DNA from: an uncultured Chromatiaceae bacterium
GTDB lineage: Bacteria; Pseudomonadota; Gammaproteobacteria; JAADHS01
Assembly (NCBI GenBank): GCA_945787615.1
Contig: CALZJI010000062.1
Coordinates: forward strand, 1 to 52,571
Length of the DNA: 52,571 nt
Reading direction: 5' to 3'
Shown here: positions 22,956 to 32,538 of the stretch, one piece after another
Layout of the letters: the number at the start of each line of letters is the position of its first letter
Position numbering within the stretch: the stretch's first letter is position 1
Notes under the pieces: generated by a model
Database searches by the model: none
Seen by the model: only the letters and a program-made list of their open reading frames with translations
What the model was told of the DNA's origin: nothing
Made by a program: the position numbers and the translations under genes

Positions 22956-23263
22956 TCAAGCACTATATCTCTTAAAAATAAATAAATGCATTTAGTAAAT
23001 GCGGATAAGTAACTAGAACCAACAGTGGGTCAGAGGTATCGCTGGTTTTAGAAAAAAGCAGGGGCATGGTCGCTAACAGCTTTTTCTGTTTTCTTTGGGG
23101 GGGTGCTTGACTAGGGTGTCGCGTAGTTTAGTTCCGTAGTTCGCATCTGTATGAGCCGCTCGAAAAATGGTGGGGCGCGCTTATCGTTACGTTGTGGAAA
23201 TTTAGGTGTTCTCCCTAGCGCCCCTTTACGAGGGCAATAACTAAAACCGATGTAGAGGGTGAA

Positions 23264-23911
23264 GTGCCGTTAATTTATCGCTTTAAAGATGGAAGGGCGT
23301 TCTCGGAAATGAAAAGATATTCTAATCGTCTTTACGAAGGGTTAAAAAGAATCTCGTTAGGTTCAGCGGCACTGCTGGTGGTGTTTGCCGCGGTGCCAGG
23401 TACCGGTTGGGCTGAAGTGCCAAACGCCGTTGCGCCGAAGGGTGCACACGCGGGAGACGACGTTCCTCAACCCATCGAATTTCCGCATGACGTGCACGCG
23501 AAAATCAATCAGATCAACTGCATGTACTGTCATACTTATGCGCGCCGAAGCAAGGTGGCCGGTATTCCGCCAACGAGTAAGTGTATGGGTTGCCACACCA
23601 TTATTGCGACCGATAAGGAGCGCATAAAGAAGCTCACAGAATATTGGGAGAGCAATCAGTCTCCGCCATGGAAAAAAGTGCACGATGTGCCCGATTACGT
23701 TCACTTCACCCACGAGAAACATCTTGACCGTTTTCTATTTAGTAATGAGGGGATGGACGTAGAGCGGGTCTCGGAGGTGTGTGCCTTCTGTCACGGCGAG
23801 GTCAAAGAGATGACCGTGGCGAAGAAAGTCAAATCTTTGAATATGGGATTCTGTCGGCGTTGCCATGAGGCCAATGATGGGCCTTCCGATTGTTGGAAAT
23901 GCCATAAATAG
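23264..23911 (+). CDS. actA: Alternative Complex III pentahaem cytochrome c subunit ActA
   Basis: Five CxxCH motifs are present (CMYCH, CMGCH, CAFCH, CRRCH, CWKCH), with an N-terminal hydrophobic anchor. The GTG at 23264 has an AGAGGG Shine-Dalgarno sequence. An alternative ATG lies at 23309. Confidence 0.8.
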   Translation: MPLIYRFKDGRAFSEMKRYSNRLYEGLKRISLGSAALLVVFAAVPGTGWAEVPNAVAPKGAHAGDDVPQPIEFPHDVHAKINQINCMYCHTYARRSKVAGIPPTSKCMGCHTIIATDKERIKKLTEYWESNQSPPWKKVHDVPDYVHFTHEKHLDRFLFSNEGMDVERVSEVCAFCHGEVKEMTVAKKVKSLNMGFCRRCHEANDGPSDCWKCHK

Positions 23912-23981
23912 AGCGCGAGGCTGTTTGAGGCTTTTCACAGCTAGGTTTGACGACAACAGACTAATCACAAGGTGACTTGTT

Positions 23982-26201
23982 ATGAGTGGTAACGATATCA
24001 ACCGCAGGAATTTTTTGAAGGTCATGGGCTGGGGCGGCGCAGGTGTCGCTCTCAGCGGATGTGACATGCCGACGACGGTTACGCTGGAAGAAGGTAAAGA
24101 AACAGTAGTTTCTTATATCATGCCGGAGGAGTACGTTATCCCCGGTCAAGGCGTTTATTTCGCATCGACGTGTCAACAATGCAGTGCGGGTTGTGGTGTG
24201 CACGGGCGGGTGCGCGAAGGCCGTGTGTTGAAGTTGGAAGGGAATACGGAATCACCCATCAACACGGGCAAGCTATGTCAGATGGGTCAATCCGGTGTTC
24301 AGGCCCATTACAATCCGGACCGCATTCAAAAGCCGATGCTGCGAAAAGGCGGAGCGTTGGTCGAAGTAACGTGGGAAGAGGCAGCGGCTGCATTAGCGGA
24401 TAAAACCGGAAAAGATTCTTCGTTGAACGGTGGCCGAGCGGCTTGGCTTACCGGTACAGTGAGTGGTCACCAATCTGTGCTCCTACAGGCTCACCTTGAG
24501 GCGCTGGGTTCGTCTCGCCATTACACCCATGAAGTCATCAATAATGCTGTTGCGACACAGGTGAACCAAGACATGTTTGGTGAGGTTCAGCCAACCTACC
24601 ACGTGACAAAAGCGAAAGTCGTGCTGTCCTTCGGCGCCGACCTTGTGGGAACCTCCATGTCCCCCGTTCACTTCTCGCGCGAGCACACTAAGTTCCGCTC
24701 CGCACCGCGCGGTGTATTGATCCAAGTAGAGCCTAAGATGACGTTAACCGGCGGTAACGCCGACCTTTGGATCGCCGCGAAACCCGGAAGTGAAGGCGTA
24801 CTCGCCATGGGTATCGCCAACGAGTTACTGGCTAAGCATGGCTTGAGTGGCGACGCCTTACCGGGCGGCTTAAGAGATTCCATTGCCAGTTACAATACGG
24901 ATAAAGTGGTTGAGATCACGGGCGTAGCGAAAACTAAGATTGTGGAGGTTGCTAAGGTGCTGGCCGAGCGGTCGCCTAGCCTCGTGTTAACCGGCGCTTC
25001 TACTGAAGCCCATGAGCACGGGTATCAGTCCGTTGCGGCGGCGATGATGTTAAACGTAATATTGGGTAACATCGGTAAAACAATTACATCGTCGGGAGAA
25101 TTTCCGTTTCCACAACTCACGGCCAAGCGCGGTGATATGAAAGGCCTTCTAGCGTTCGCGGAGCACGCTGACAAAGGAGAGATTGACGTAGCCTTCTTTT
25201 ACGGTGTAAATCCTGTTTATACGGCGCCGAAGTTTCTAAACCTTGAGCAGAAACTGGATAAGATTCCGTTTAAAGTTGTGCTTACCCAATTCTACGACGA
25301 AACGGCGAATCGCGCAGATCTCGTGCTACCGCTGGCCTCGGCGTTGGAAGATTGGGGTACTCACGTTCCCGGCTACCTACCGGAGGATAAGATTATTTCC
25401 ATGCAGCAGCCCTTAATGGAAAAGCTCTACAAGGAAACACACGGTTTGGGCGATGTACTGCTCTCATTGTTGAAGATGCGTAAGCCCGAAGAATACGAAG
25501 GCTTTGCCGACTACTATGCATTCCTTCGCGAAGCTTTTGCGGCGATTCCCTCCGACCACAAAGGGGGCGTAGGCGACGAAAAGTTTTGGATGCAAGCCCT
25601 GCAATTCGGGGTCATCCCCGTCAACGTCGCTGAACGATCCATCAAGCCTACTCCGATCGAAGCCGATTTGCCGGCACTAAAGGAAGATATCTCGTATCCT
25701 TTTTACCTCGTACCGTCGGCACATCTCGGATTATGGGACGGCCGGCACGCGAATCTACCGTGGTTACAAGAAGCCCCCGACCAGATAAGTAAAGTCGTTT
25801 GGGGTTCGTGGGTCGAAATGCACCCAAAGACGGCGGCGCGGTTGGGGGTCGAGAATGGTGAATTTGTTCGGGTCGAGTCGATGCAGGGTTCGATTGAGGC
25901 CCCGCTGTATACGCATAGGGGGATACATCCTAACGCTGTGGCCGTACCCCTCGGGCAAGGACACGAAGAATACGGTCGCTATGCGAAAGGGCGCGGCGTT
26001 AACCCGCTTAAAATTCTTAATCCGGTTACTGACGAAAAAACAGGTGAACCTGCGTTGTACGGAACCCGTGTTCAGGTTGCAAAAGCACCTTTCGACGAAA
26101 AACAAAAAATGGTTCGATTTGGTGGTAGCGAGACACAGGTGGGTCGTAAGCTAGTCGCAAGCATAACCGCTGACGTGTTCAATCGCACCGAAGGAGCGTA
26201 A
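23982..26201 (+). CDS. actB1: ACIII molybdopterin-oxidoreductase-like subunit ActB1
   Basis: 739 aa with a twin-arginine motif RRNFLK and a complex-iron-sulfur-molybdoenzyme fold. It is encoded separately from the FeS module. Confidence 0.8.
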   Translation: MSGNDINRRNFLKVMGWGGAGVALSGCDMPTTVTLEEGKETVVSYIMPEEYVIPGQGVYFASTCQQCSAGCGVHGRVREGRVLKLEGNTESPINTGKLCQMGQSGVQAHYNPDRIQKPMLRKGGALVEVTWEEAAAALADKTGKDSSLNGGRAAWLTGTVSGHQSVLLQAHLEALGSSRHYTHEVINNAVATQVNQDMFGEVQPTYHVTKAKVVLSFGADLVGTSMSPVHFSREHTKFRSAPRGVLIQVEPKMTLTGGNADLWIAAKPGSEGVLAMGIANELLAKHGLSGDALPGGLRDSIASYNTDKVVEITGVAKTKIVEVAKVLAERSPSLVLTGASTEAHEHGYQSVAAAMMLNVILGNIGKTITSSGEFPFPQLTAKRGDMKGLLAFAEHADKGEIDVAFFYGVNPVYTAPKFLNLEQKLDKIPFKVVLTQFYDETANRADLVLPLASALEDWGTHVPGYLPEDKIISMQQPLMEKLYKETHGLGDVLLSLLKMRKPEEYEGFADYYAFLREAFAAIPSDHKGGVGDEKFWMQALQFGVIPVNVAERSIKPTPIEADLPALKEDISYPFYLVPSAHLGLWDGRHANLPWLQEAPDQISKVVWGSWVEMHPKTAARLGVENGEFVRVESMQGSIEAPLYTHRGIHPNAVAVPLGQGHEEYGRYAKGRGVNPLKILNPVTDEKTGEPALYGTRVQVAKAPFDEKQKMVRFGGSETQVGRKLVASITADVFNRTEGA

Positions 26202-26204
26202 AAA

Positions 26205-27059
26205 ATGTCACTGCAGAATATTCTTACTAACTGGTCACAATACCGCAAAGGCCACGAGCAAGGCGGTTTCCACGACTACGAGCACATGTGGGGCATGGCG
26301 GTCGATTTAAACAAGTGCATCGGTTGTAATGCCTGTTCCGTAGCGTGCTATGCCGAGAACAATCTCGGTATCGTCGGGAAGGATCGATTCGAAAAAGGCC
26401 AAGGGATGCATTGGATGCGTATCGAGCGGTATTGGGACGAACCGAATCTTGCTCCTGGCGTGAGTGAAGAGTTTCCGAGCCGCGGCGCCAGTTTCTTGCC
26501 GATGATGTGCCAGCAGTGTAACGCGGCAACCTGCGAGCCGGTTTGTCCGGTGGCGGCTACCTACCACACCCCCGACGGATTAAATGCTCAAGTCTATAAT
26601 CGCTGTATCGGTTCACGATACTGTTCTAACAACTGTCCGTACCGATTGCGCTACTTTAACTTCTATTCCTATTATGACTGGTCGTGGCCGGAGCCGCTTA
26701 ATATGCAGTTAAATCCCGATTTGTCCGTGCGTGATAAAGGTGTTATGGAAAAGTGTACGTTCTGTGTGCAACGTATTCGGGTGGCAAAAGATACGGCTCG
26801 TCGTGAAGACCGAAAAGTAGCCGACGGGGACGTTTACCCCGCGTGTGTACAAACGTGTCCAACCGATGCGTTGGTGTTCGGTGATATGCTGGACCCCGAA
26901 AGCAGCGTTACTAAATTGTGGAAAGCCCACCAGGTTGAGTTGGGCAAGACTAAGCAGCACAAGGACAACGAAGAGTTGCGGGGTTATCGAATATTTGAAG
27001 GCTTAAATACTGACCCATGCGTCATGTACCTCGAGCGCGTTCGCGAGGTAGAAGTATAG
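26205..27059 (+). CDS. actB2: ACIII iron-sulfur subunit ActB2 (NrfC/PsrB-type four-cluster ferredoxin)
   Basis: Cysteine groups are present: CIGCNACSVAC, CQQCNAATCEPVCP, CIGSRYCSNNCP, CTFC..CVQTCP. Confidence 0.85.
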   Translation: MSLQNILTNWSQYRKGHEQGGFHDYEHMWGMAVDLNKCIGCNACSVACYAENNLGIVGKDRFEKGQGMHWMRIERYWDEPNLAPGVSEEFPSRGASFLPMMCQQCNAATCEPVCPVAATYHTPDGLNAQVYNRCIGSRYCSNNCPYRLRYFNFYSYYDWSWPEPLNMQLNPDLSVRDKGVMEKCTFCVQRIRVAKDTARREDRKVADGDVYPACVQTCPTDALVFGDMLDPESSVTKLWKAHQVELGKTKQHKDNEELRGYRIFEGLNTDPCVMYLERVREVEV

Positions 27060-27130
27060 AAGCTTTATACACCGTTTTCGAAGATCAGGTTGAACTTTAG
27101 AACAAAAAGCCTAACGTTCCGAGGGGCAGT

Positions 27131-28567
27131 ATGAAAGACATTAACGAAGACATTAAATGGGCACAGATTAACAAGGATGTGCTGCGGAGCATGGAGAATC
27201 CGCGAATGGGGTATTGGGTGGCCGTGGCTACCTGTATAGCCATGGTCGGTTGCGCTGTTCTAGCGGAGATATGGCAGTACCGCTATGGCATGGGTTATGC
27301 CAACCTGAACTGGCCGCACATGTGGGATCTCTATATCGCAACGTTTATCTTTTGGATTGGCATGAGCCACTCGGGGACATTGTTATCAGCAATTCTCCAT
27401 ATCATCCACGCCGATTGGCGTAAACCGATATATCGTTTCGCCGAGGCGATGACCACATTTTCATTGATGACTGCTGGCTTATTCCCGCTTATCCATCTCG
27501 GGCGTTTGTGGAACATGTATTGGGTGTTGCCTTACGTGTCCGATCGCGGTATCTGGCCCAATTTTAGGTCGCCACTGGTATGGGATGCTTTCGCCATCGG
27601 TACATACCTAACCTCTTCAGCATTGTTTCTGTTCATCGGGATGATCCCCGATCTGGCCATTTGTCGTGACAACGCGCGGGGCTGGCGTAAAAAACTCTAC
27701 ATCGCGCTGTCCTTAGGTTGGCGAGGTGATGATCGGCAATGGCGAAACTTCCGTAGGACCTATCTGCTAATGGCATGTTTCCTCATTCCATTGGCCGTAT
27801 CCGTTCACTCAATCGTATCGTCTGACTTTGCGATGTCGATTATGCCGGGCTGGCACATCACCACATTCCCGCCGTACTTCGTGGCCGGTGCGTTATATTC
27901 GGGTTGTGCGGCCATCATCACCTTGTTCGTGCTACTCCGTTATTTCTTCCGATTTGAGGAGTACATGACGCTGTCGATTTTAGAGAAGACATGTAAACTA
28001 ACGTTCGCCATCGCCATGGTGTGGACGTACTTGAACCTGATCGAGTTTGCTTCCACGTGGTACGGTCACGACGTCGCTGCCAAGGAGGTTTTACTGGAGA
28101 AATTCTACGGTCCCTACGCGCCTTACTTCTGGATGATGATGTTCTGCGGTTCGGTCATGCCGTTTGCGCTAGCGTTTAGAAAGCTTCGGCGGCATATACC
28201 AACCATGTTCGTGGTGTCGCTGTTTTTAAACCTGGGTATGTGGCTCGAGCGGTGGATGATTGTGACGCCTACGTTGGCGAATGCCTATCATCCTATCGCA
28301 TTTGATACGATGTGGCCGAGTATGATTCAGTGGGCCATTGTGTTCGGCAGTTTCGGCTGGTTTGGCTTGTTGTTCTTAGTGTTTGTAAAAGTCTTCCCAT
28401 CCGTTTCTATGTACGAGGTTAAGGAAATGGTTTATCACCGACGTACGGCGGCGGGTAAAGATCCTGAGGTAGTGCTGCATCATCCGCATCGCAGATCCGA
28501 TGACGAGCCGGAACCAAGCGGCGGTACACCACCACCATCGGGTACACCAGGATTAGAAGGAGCGTAG
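27131..28567 (+). CDS. actC: ACIII quinol-interacting membrane subunit ActC (NrfD/PsrC family)
   Basis: 478-aa polytopic NrfD-like protein with a Pro/Gly-rich C-terminal tail. Confidence 0.85.
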   Translation: MKDINEDIKWAQINKDVLRSMENPRMGYWVAVATCIAMVGCAVLAEIWQYRYGMGYANLNWPHMWDLYIATFIFWIGMSHSGTLLSAILHIIHADWRKPIYRFAEAMTTFSLMTAGLFPLIHLGRLWNMYWVLPYVSDRGIWPNFRSPLVWDAFAIGTYLTSSALFLFIGMIPDLAICRDNARGWRKKLYIALSLGWRGDDRQWRNFRRTYLLMACFLIPLAVSVHSIVSSDFAMSIMPGWHITTFPPYFVAGALYSGCAAIITLFVLLRYFFRFEEYMTLSILEKTCKLTFAIAMVWTYLNLIEFASTWYGHDVAAKEVLLEKFYGPYAPYFWMMMFCGSVMPFALAFRKLRRHIPTMFVVSLFLNLGMWLERWMIVTPTLANAYHPIAFDTMWPSMIQWAIVFGSFGWFGLLFLVFVKVFPSVSMYEVKEMVYHRRTAAGKDPEVVLHHPHRRSDDEPEPSGGTPPPSGTPGLEGA

Positions 28568-28569
28568 CG

Positions 28570-29097
28570 ATGAAGAAGTACAAAGTCATGGGGCTATTTA
28601 GCAACTTTAGAGAAGCGTTCAACGTCGTTGAGGAGATAGGCGCTCAAAAGATCGCTGGCTTGACGGTGGATGACATTACAACCAAGTCGCCCATCGAGCA
28701 CCCGGAGATCGACGAGATACTCGGTCAGCGGCGATCTCATGTGCCTAAGTTCACGCTATGCGGCGCTCTTTTTGGAATGACATTTGGATTTCTTTTCCTT
28801 GCGTCTGCCCAGGCAACCTTTCTGGTGCAGCCGCAAGGTGGGAAGCCGGTGGTGCCGTTGCCGTCGAACATCGTTCTGACGTATGAGTTGTTGATTCTGT
28901 TTGGCGTGCTATTTACGCTGACGGGATTTCTTATAACGGCGCGGATGTTTACCAAACGAAGCTCGATATACAGTGAGAACGTGGGTATCGATCAAATCGG
29001 TATCGTGATTGAGGTCAATGAGAATACGATCGAACCCGCTAAGGCGCTCTTAAAGGCGCACAAAACACTGGAAATTCGCGAAGAGGTTCTGAAATGA
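28570..29097 (+). CDS. actD: ACIII subunit ActD (DUF3341-like)
   Basis: 175 aa with a soluble N-terminal domain followed by two TM helices. The operon position fits ActD. Confidence 0.75.
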   Translation: MKKYKVMGLFSNFREAFNVVEEIGAQKIAGLTVDDITTKSPIEHPEIDEILGQRRSHVPKFTLCGALFGMTFGFLFLASAQATFLVQPQGGKPVVPLPSNIVLTYELLILFGVLFTLTGFLITARMFTKRSSIYSENVGIDQIGIVIEVNENTIEPAKALLKAHKTLEIREEVLK

Positions 29098-29654
29098 AAC
29101 GAATAGGATTAATAGCGGCGGTATGTTTGTTACCCCAAGTTGCTCTGGCTTGGCCGTGGTCAACGGATATGGTAAATCAACCGAGCATTAAGCCTCAGGA
29201 AATCGACAATTGGTTTGAACAGATGCCCGCTTTCCCCGCGCGCTCGGTACCGATACAGGGGATGCCAACAAAGGTTGCGAACCGGGAGGAAGCTAAGACG
29301 CTGGCCAATCCGATACCCGCAACCGAGGAATCCCTTAAGAAAGGCCGAACACTGTATCGTATCTATTGTGCTGCGTGTCATGGGCTGACCGGAAAGCGCG
29401 ATACGCCAGTTGCAGATAAGATTGGAGCGATAGATTTAACCGACGATTACGCGCAAAGTATACTCACTGAGGGTTGGATTTTTGGCACCATAACGTATGG
29501 AAGCGTCATCATGCCAGCCTATGGCGCGCCGGCCGGTAATGCGCAAAAACGCGGGGCCAACGACTTGACCGTCGAGGAACGGTGGCACGTCGTGAACTAC
29601 GTGAGAAATGGGTTGGTTAAAGAAGCGTCCGTTCGTACGGCGGCAGCGGAATAA
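29094..29654 (+). CDS. actE: ACIII monohaem cytochrome c subunit ActE
   Basis: It has a signal peptide, an MVNQPSIKPQE motif and a single CAACH. The start overlaps the actD stop (ATGA). Confidence 0.8.
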   Translation: MKRIGLIAAVCLLPQVALAWPWSTDMVNQPSIKPQEIDNWFEQMPAFPARSVPIQGMPTKVANREEAKTLANPIPATEESLKKGRTLYRIYCAACHGLTGKRDTPVADKIGAIDLTDDYAQSILTEGWIFGTITYGSVIMPAYGAPAGNAQKRGANDLTVEERWHVVNYVRNGLVKEASVRTAAAE

Positions 29655-29688
29655 CTTGGTACTAAAACAATAATACCAGAGGGTTATT

Positions 29689-30747
29689 ATGGAAAACTTT
29701 GGGAATTGGTCCATCTTAACGACGAATTTTCTGATCGTTCTTTATATCGCGCTTAACGGGGTGACGCTCGCGTCGGTATTGCACCTTTGTAACGGGAAGT
29801 GGCGTTTTAAAGTGCGACGGATCGCGGTGGCAATGGCGTCGCTTTTTCCGCTAGCGTTTATTTTACTTATTATCGTCTTGGCAAACGGCGAGCACACTTT
29901 CCTCTGGATGGCTGAAGCGGCCGATGGCGGAGCTCACGGCGCCGGTGGTGAAGAGCATCACCTACCAGGCTGGCTGAACTACGACTTCTTGGTGATGAGA
30001 GAAATCATTGGTTTCTTCATTATCGCAGGATTGTATACGTTGTTCATTAAATACCAGCATGAGAGCGAAATAGATAGCTCGTACGCGGCTCAACGGCGGT
30101 TTAGAAATATTGCGCTTTTGATACCGTTCTTCTACGTTACTTATGGAAGCATGGTGGCTTGGGACTTTGAGATGACGCAATTCGCCCAATGGCATAGTGC
30201 GAGCTATGCATTCTACCATTTCCAAAGTAACTTCATCATGTTCCTTGCGTTCTTTACGGTGCTCCTGTTTTTCTTGAATCGCTCGGGCAAGTTGGTCAAA
30301 CCGATAGAGCCGTATATATTTAACTATTTAGCTCAATTTATGCTGGGTATGACCATCTTGTGGACGTACCTCTATTTCACGCAGTACCTCATCATGTGGT
30401 ACGGTCGGTTACCGGAAGAAATGAATCGTTACGACGCGATGATGTTGGATGGATTCGGTCCTCTGTGGTGGACGTTCCTTGCGATGAAGTTCATTATTCC
30501 GTTCTCGACATTAGCGATTACCCCAAATCGTCATAATCCGCCAGTTATCGTGGCTGTGGCATGTAGCATACTGATTGGAACCTGGCTTGAGAGATACACA
30601 TGGATTGCGGGATCCGTGGACAGCCAGTACTACCACTTTCCGATGACGTCATTTACGGATATCGCCGTTACGGTAGCCGTTTTTGGGGTGGCGTGGTTTA
30701 TCTGCAAGTGGACATTTACACGCTACGGAATCATAAAGGCTTCGTAA
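29689..30747 (+). CDS. actF: ACIII second NrfD-like membrane subunit ActF
   Basis: 352-aa polytopic protein and the last gene of the operon. Confidence 0.75.
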   Translation: MENFGNWSILTTNFLIVLYIALNGVTLASVLHLCNGKWRFKVRRIAVAMASLFPLAFILLIIVLANGEHTFLWMAEAADGGAHGAGGEEHHLPGWLNYDFLVMREIIGFFIIAGLYTLFIKYQHESEIDSSYAAQRRFRNIALLIPFFYVTYGSMVAWDFEMTQFAQWHSASYAFYHFQSNFIMFLAFFTVLLFFLNRSGKLVKPIEPYIFNYLAQFMLGMTILWTYLYFTQYLIMWYGRLPEEMNRYDAMMLDGFGPLWWTFLAMKFIIPFSTLAITPNRHNPPVIVAVACSILIGTWLERYTWIAGSVDSQYYHFPMTSFTDIAVTVAVFGVAWFICKWTFTRYGIIKAS

Positions 30748-30810
30748 TAACAACAATAACGAACGATCATCTGAGTCCTCGCGACTTGGTATGGTCTGTA
30801 AACCGTCGAA

Positions 30811-30842
30811 AGGGTGTAGCTGTCGTTACACCCTTTTTTTTT
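30811..30842 (+). terminator. Rho-independent terminator of the act operon
   Basis: The stem AGGGTGTA / TACACCCT has an 8-nt loop and is followed by a run of nine T. Confidence 0.8.
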
Positions 30843-31091
30843 GGCCGAAAAGGCACAACGCAGGACCATCCGGTGACGAGCCCGTGTTTAGCACTTCGAA
30901 CCCCGAAGGTTTGCGGTACGAATTTGCTTTATTGCGGAATTCTTGGGAGGAGAAAAAGGGGTGCGCTACGTCCGACTGATTGAACTTCTGAGAGGAATAA
31001 ACGCGATGCCCCGTTTTGGGTTGGGGAACGAGCGCGGTGTGAATTAAAAAAGATGAGTGAGCTTGACGCTTAATAAAATCGAGGATCAGTT

Positions 31092-31550
31092 CTACGTTAC
31101 TCTCCCGCCACTCACGGTTGCTACAGTAACAAGCCCCAAAATTAAGTTAATTCCGACTTGGCGTCGAATACGGGCTAGGTGGTTGGCGGCCTCGGAGATG
31201 TCTCCTCTGGTTAGCGCTATTTTCAGTTGTTTATAGAGTACGAAGTATACGTATAAGAAAATACCCATCATTAAAAAGCCGAAAACCTGCATTAACTGAA
31301 TGTAGAGGCTAGCGCTCGCGACGCTGCCGAAATGATTAAAAACGATCCAGTATCCGCTTATGAGGAGCACGACGATACATAACCATACCCATCTGAAGAA
31401 ACGCGCGAAAGTACCTGCCCAGAGTTGCAGGCGGGACGGAGGAGGTAAATCTACCGCGGCCGGTCGTAATACCTGGTAGGCGAAAAACATGCCTCCTACC
31501 CAAATAGTGGCAGCGACTACGTGAAGCGTAAGACTTAACGGGTGTAGCAT
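31092..31550 (-). CDS. Small four-TM membrane protein, CopD-family-like
   Basis: 152 aa. The N-terminus LHVVAATIWVGGMFFAYQVLRPA resembles CopD-type proteins. The function is not established. Confidence 0.45.
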   Translation of the reverse strand: MLHPLSLTLHVVAATIWVGGMFFAYQVLRPAAVDLPPPSRLQLWAGTFARFFRWVWLCIVVLLISGYWIVFNHFGSVASASLYIQLMQVFGFLMMGIFLYVYFVLYKQLKIALTRGDISEAANHLARIRRQVGINLILGLVTVATVSGGRVT

Positions 31551-31561
31551 TTCGTCACTCC

Positions 31562-32473
31562 TTATGGTTTGGTCGATGGTTTTGGGTTCGTGCTAATCCC
31601 CACACCCGATGCATGACGACGTAACCACCCGATAATGCGTTGTGCCAGCGCGTCGTTGACGCCGGAAAAATCGTGATCGGCACCCGGGATCACAATCTGA
31701 CGGAAAGCGATAAACCCAGGTTCGTCAGCAAACGGTGAACGAGTAAAGCCCGAACGCCGTGGGGATTCGAGTCGTTGTTGTTGAGATGCGTTAGAGCCCG
31801 ACTTCTTAGCGGCCGTAAGCCGTGTTCCCGCGGTCGTGGTGACCGCATCTAAATCCCGCTCGCCATAGATATCTAAGATAGGTAAAGTAATGCGTTCTAG
31901 ATGGGTTGGTATGAATAGCATCGGATCCCAATCTTTATTTACGATCATGCTTATCCCTATAAACGCGGTAACGCCACTATTGGGCGTATTGGCGAGGAAG
32001 GCCGTGGCAAGTGCTGCGCCGGTTCCGTATCCTATTAAAACGATGTTTTCGATGCTCTTTTCTTTTAAATAGTTAATACCCGAGCTAATAATGGCCGGTG
32101 TTGTTTGCAGCAGTTGTGGTGAGGGTGTGCTTGAGGCTTGATTGATTAGGCCTGGGATGTGTATGGATAAGGTCGCCCAGCTGCGTTGCGGTAACGTTGT
32201 TCGAAGCGGCGCGATGACTTGCGGCCAGTCGGGATGCGTGTTGATATCGTGGAGCAAAATAGCGCCTCCTGCCATGGTTCCCGTGACGTCGTCGTTGAGA
32301 ATCCCGAAGAGTTTCTGGCCGTTTACGTCGAGCCAAACGAGCCTCCCATTAACAAGCGATGCTTGTAGGTGCGCGACAAGTTCATCTTCGTTTATTCGCG
32401 GTTGCTGTGCCAACGATGACGACACATGCAAAACGGCCAAAACTAACATTGCATAGGCCCATGATTTCATCAT
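31562..32473 (-). CDS. Secreted alpha/beta-hydrolase-fold protein (DUF3530-like)
   Basis: 303 aa with a signal peptide (LAVLHVSSSLAQ). The elbow-like segment VLIGYGTGAALA lacks the serine. Confidence 0.45.
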   Translation of the reverse strand: MMKSWAYAMLVLAVLHVSSSLAQQPRINEDELVAHLQASLVNGRLVWLDVNGQKLFGILNDDVTGTMAGGAILLHDINTHPDWPQVIAPLRTTLPQRSWATLSIHIPGLINQASSTPSPQLLQTTPAIISSGINYLKEKSIENIVLIGYGTGAALATAFLANTPNSGVTAFIGISMIVNKDWDPMLFIPTHLERITLPILDIYGERDLDAVTTTAGTRLTAAKKSGSNASQQQRLESPRRSGFTRSPFADEPGFIAFRQIVIPGADHDFSGVNDALAQRIIGWLRRHASGVGISTNPKPSTKP

Positions 32474-32538
32474 GGGAGTGTGTTATCGCGAATTGGGGTC
32501 CGTTGTCAAGTTAGCGTTCGTTAGGGTACGGAAACTAA

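Noticed and set aside
23982-28567. Reading the pterin/FeS/NrfD trio as a polysulfide, thiosulfate or tetrathionate reductase (PsrABC/TtrABC)
   Set aside because: The trio is embedded between a pentahaem cytochrome and DUF3341-like, monohaem and second NrfD-like genes. That is the ACIII signature, not a three-gene Psr/Ttr unit.
30600-30983. 127-aa and 62-aa ORFs spanning the end of actF and the terminator
   Set aside because: They overlap actF off-frame and read through the terminator hairpin and T-run. Nothing supports them as coding.
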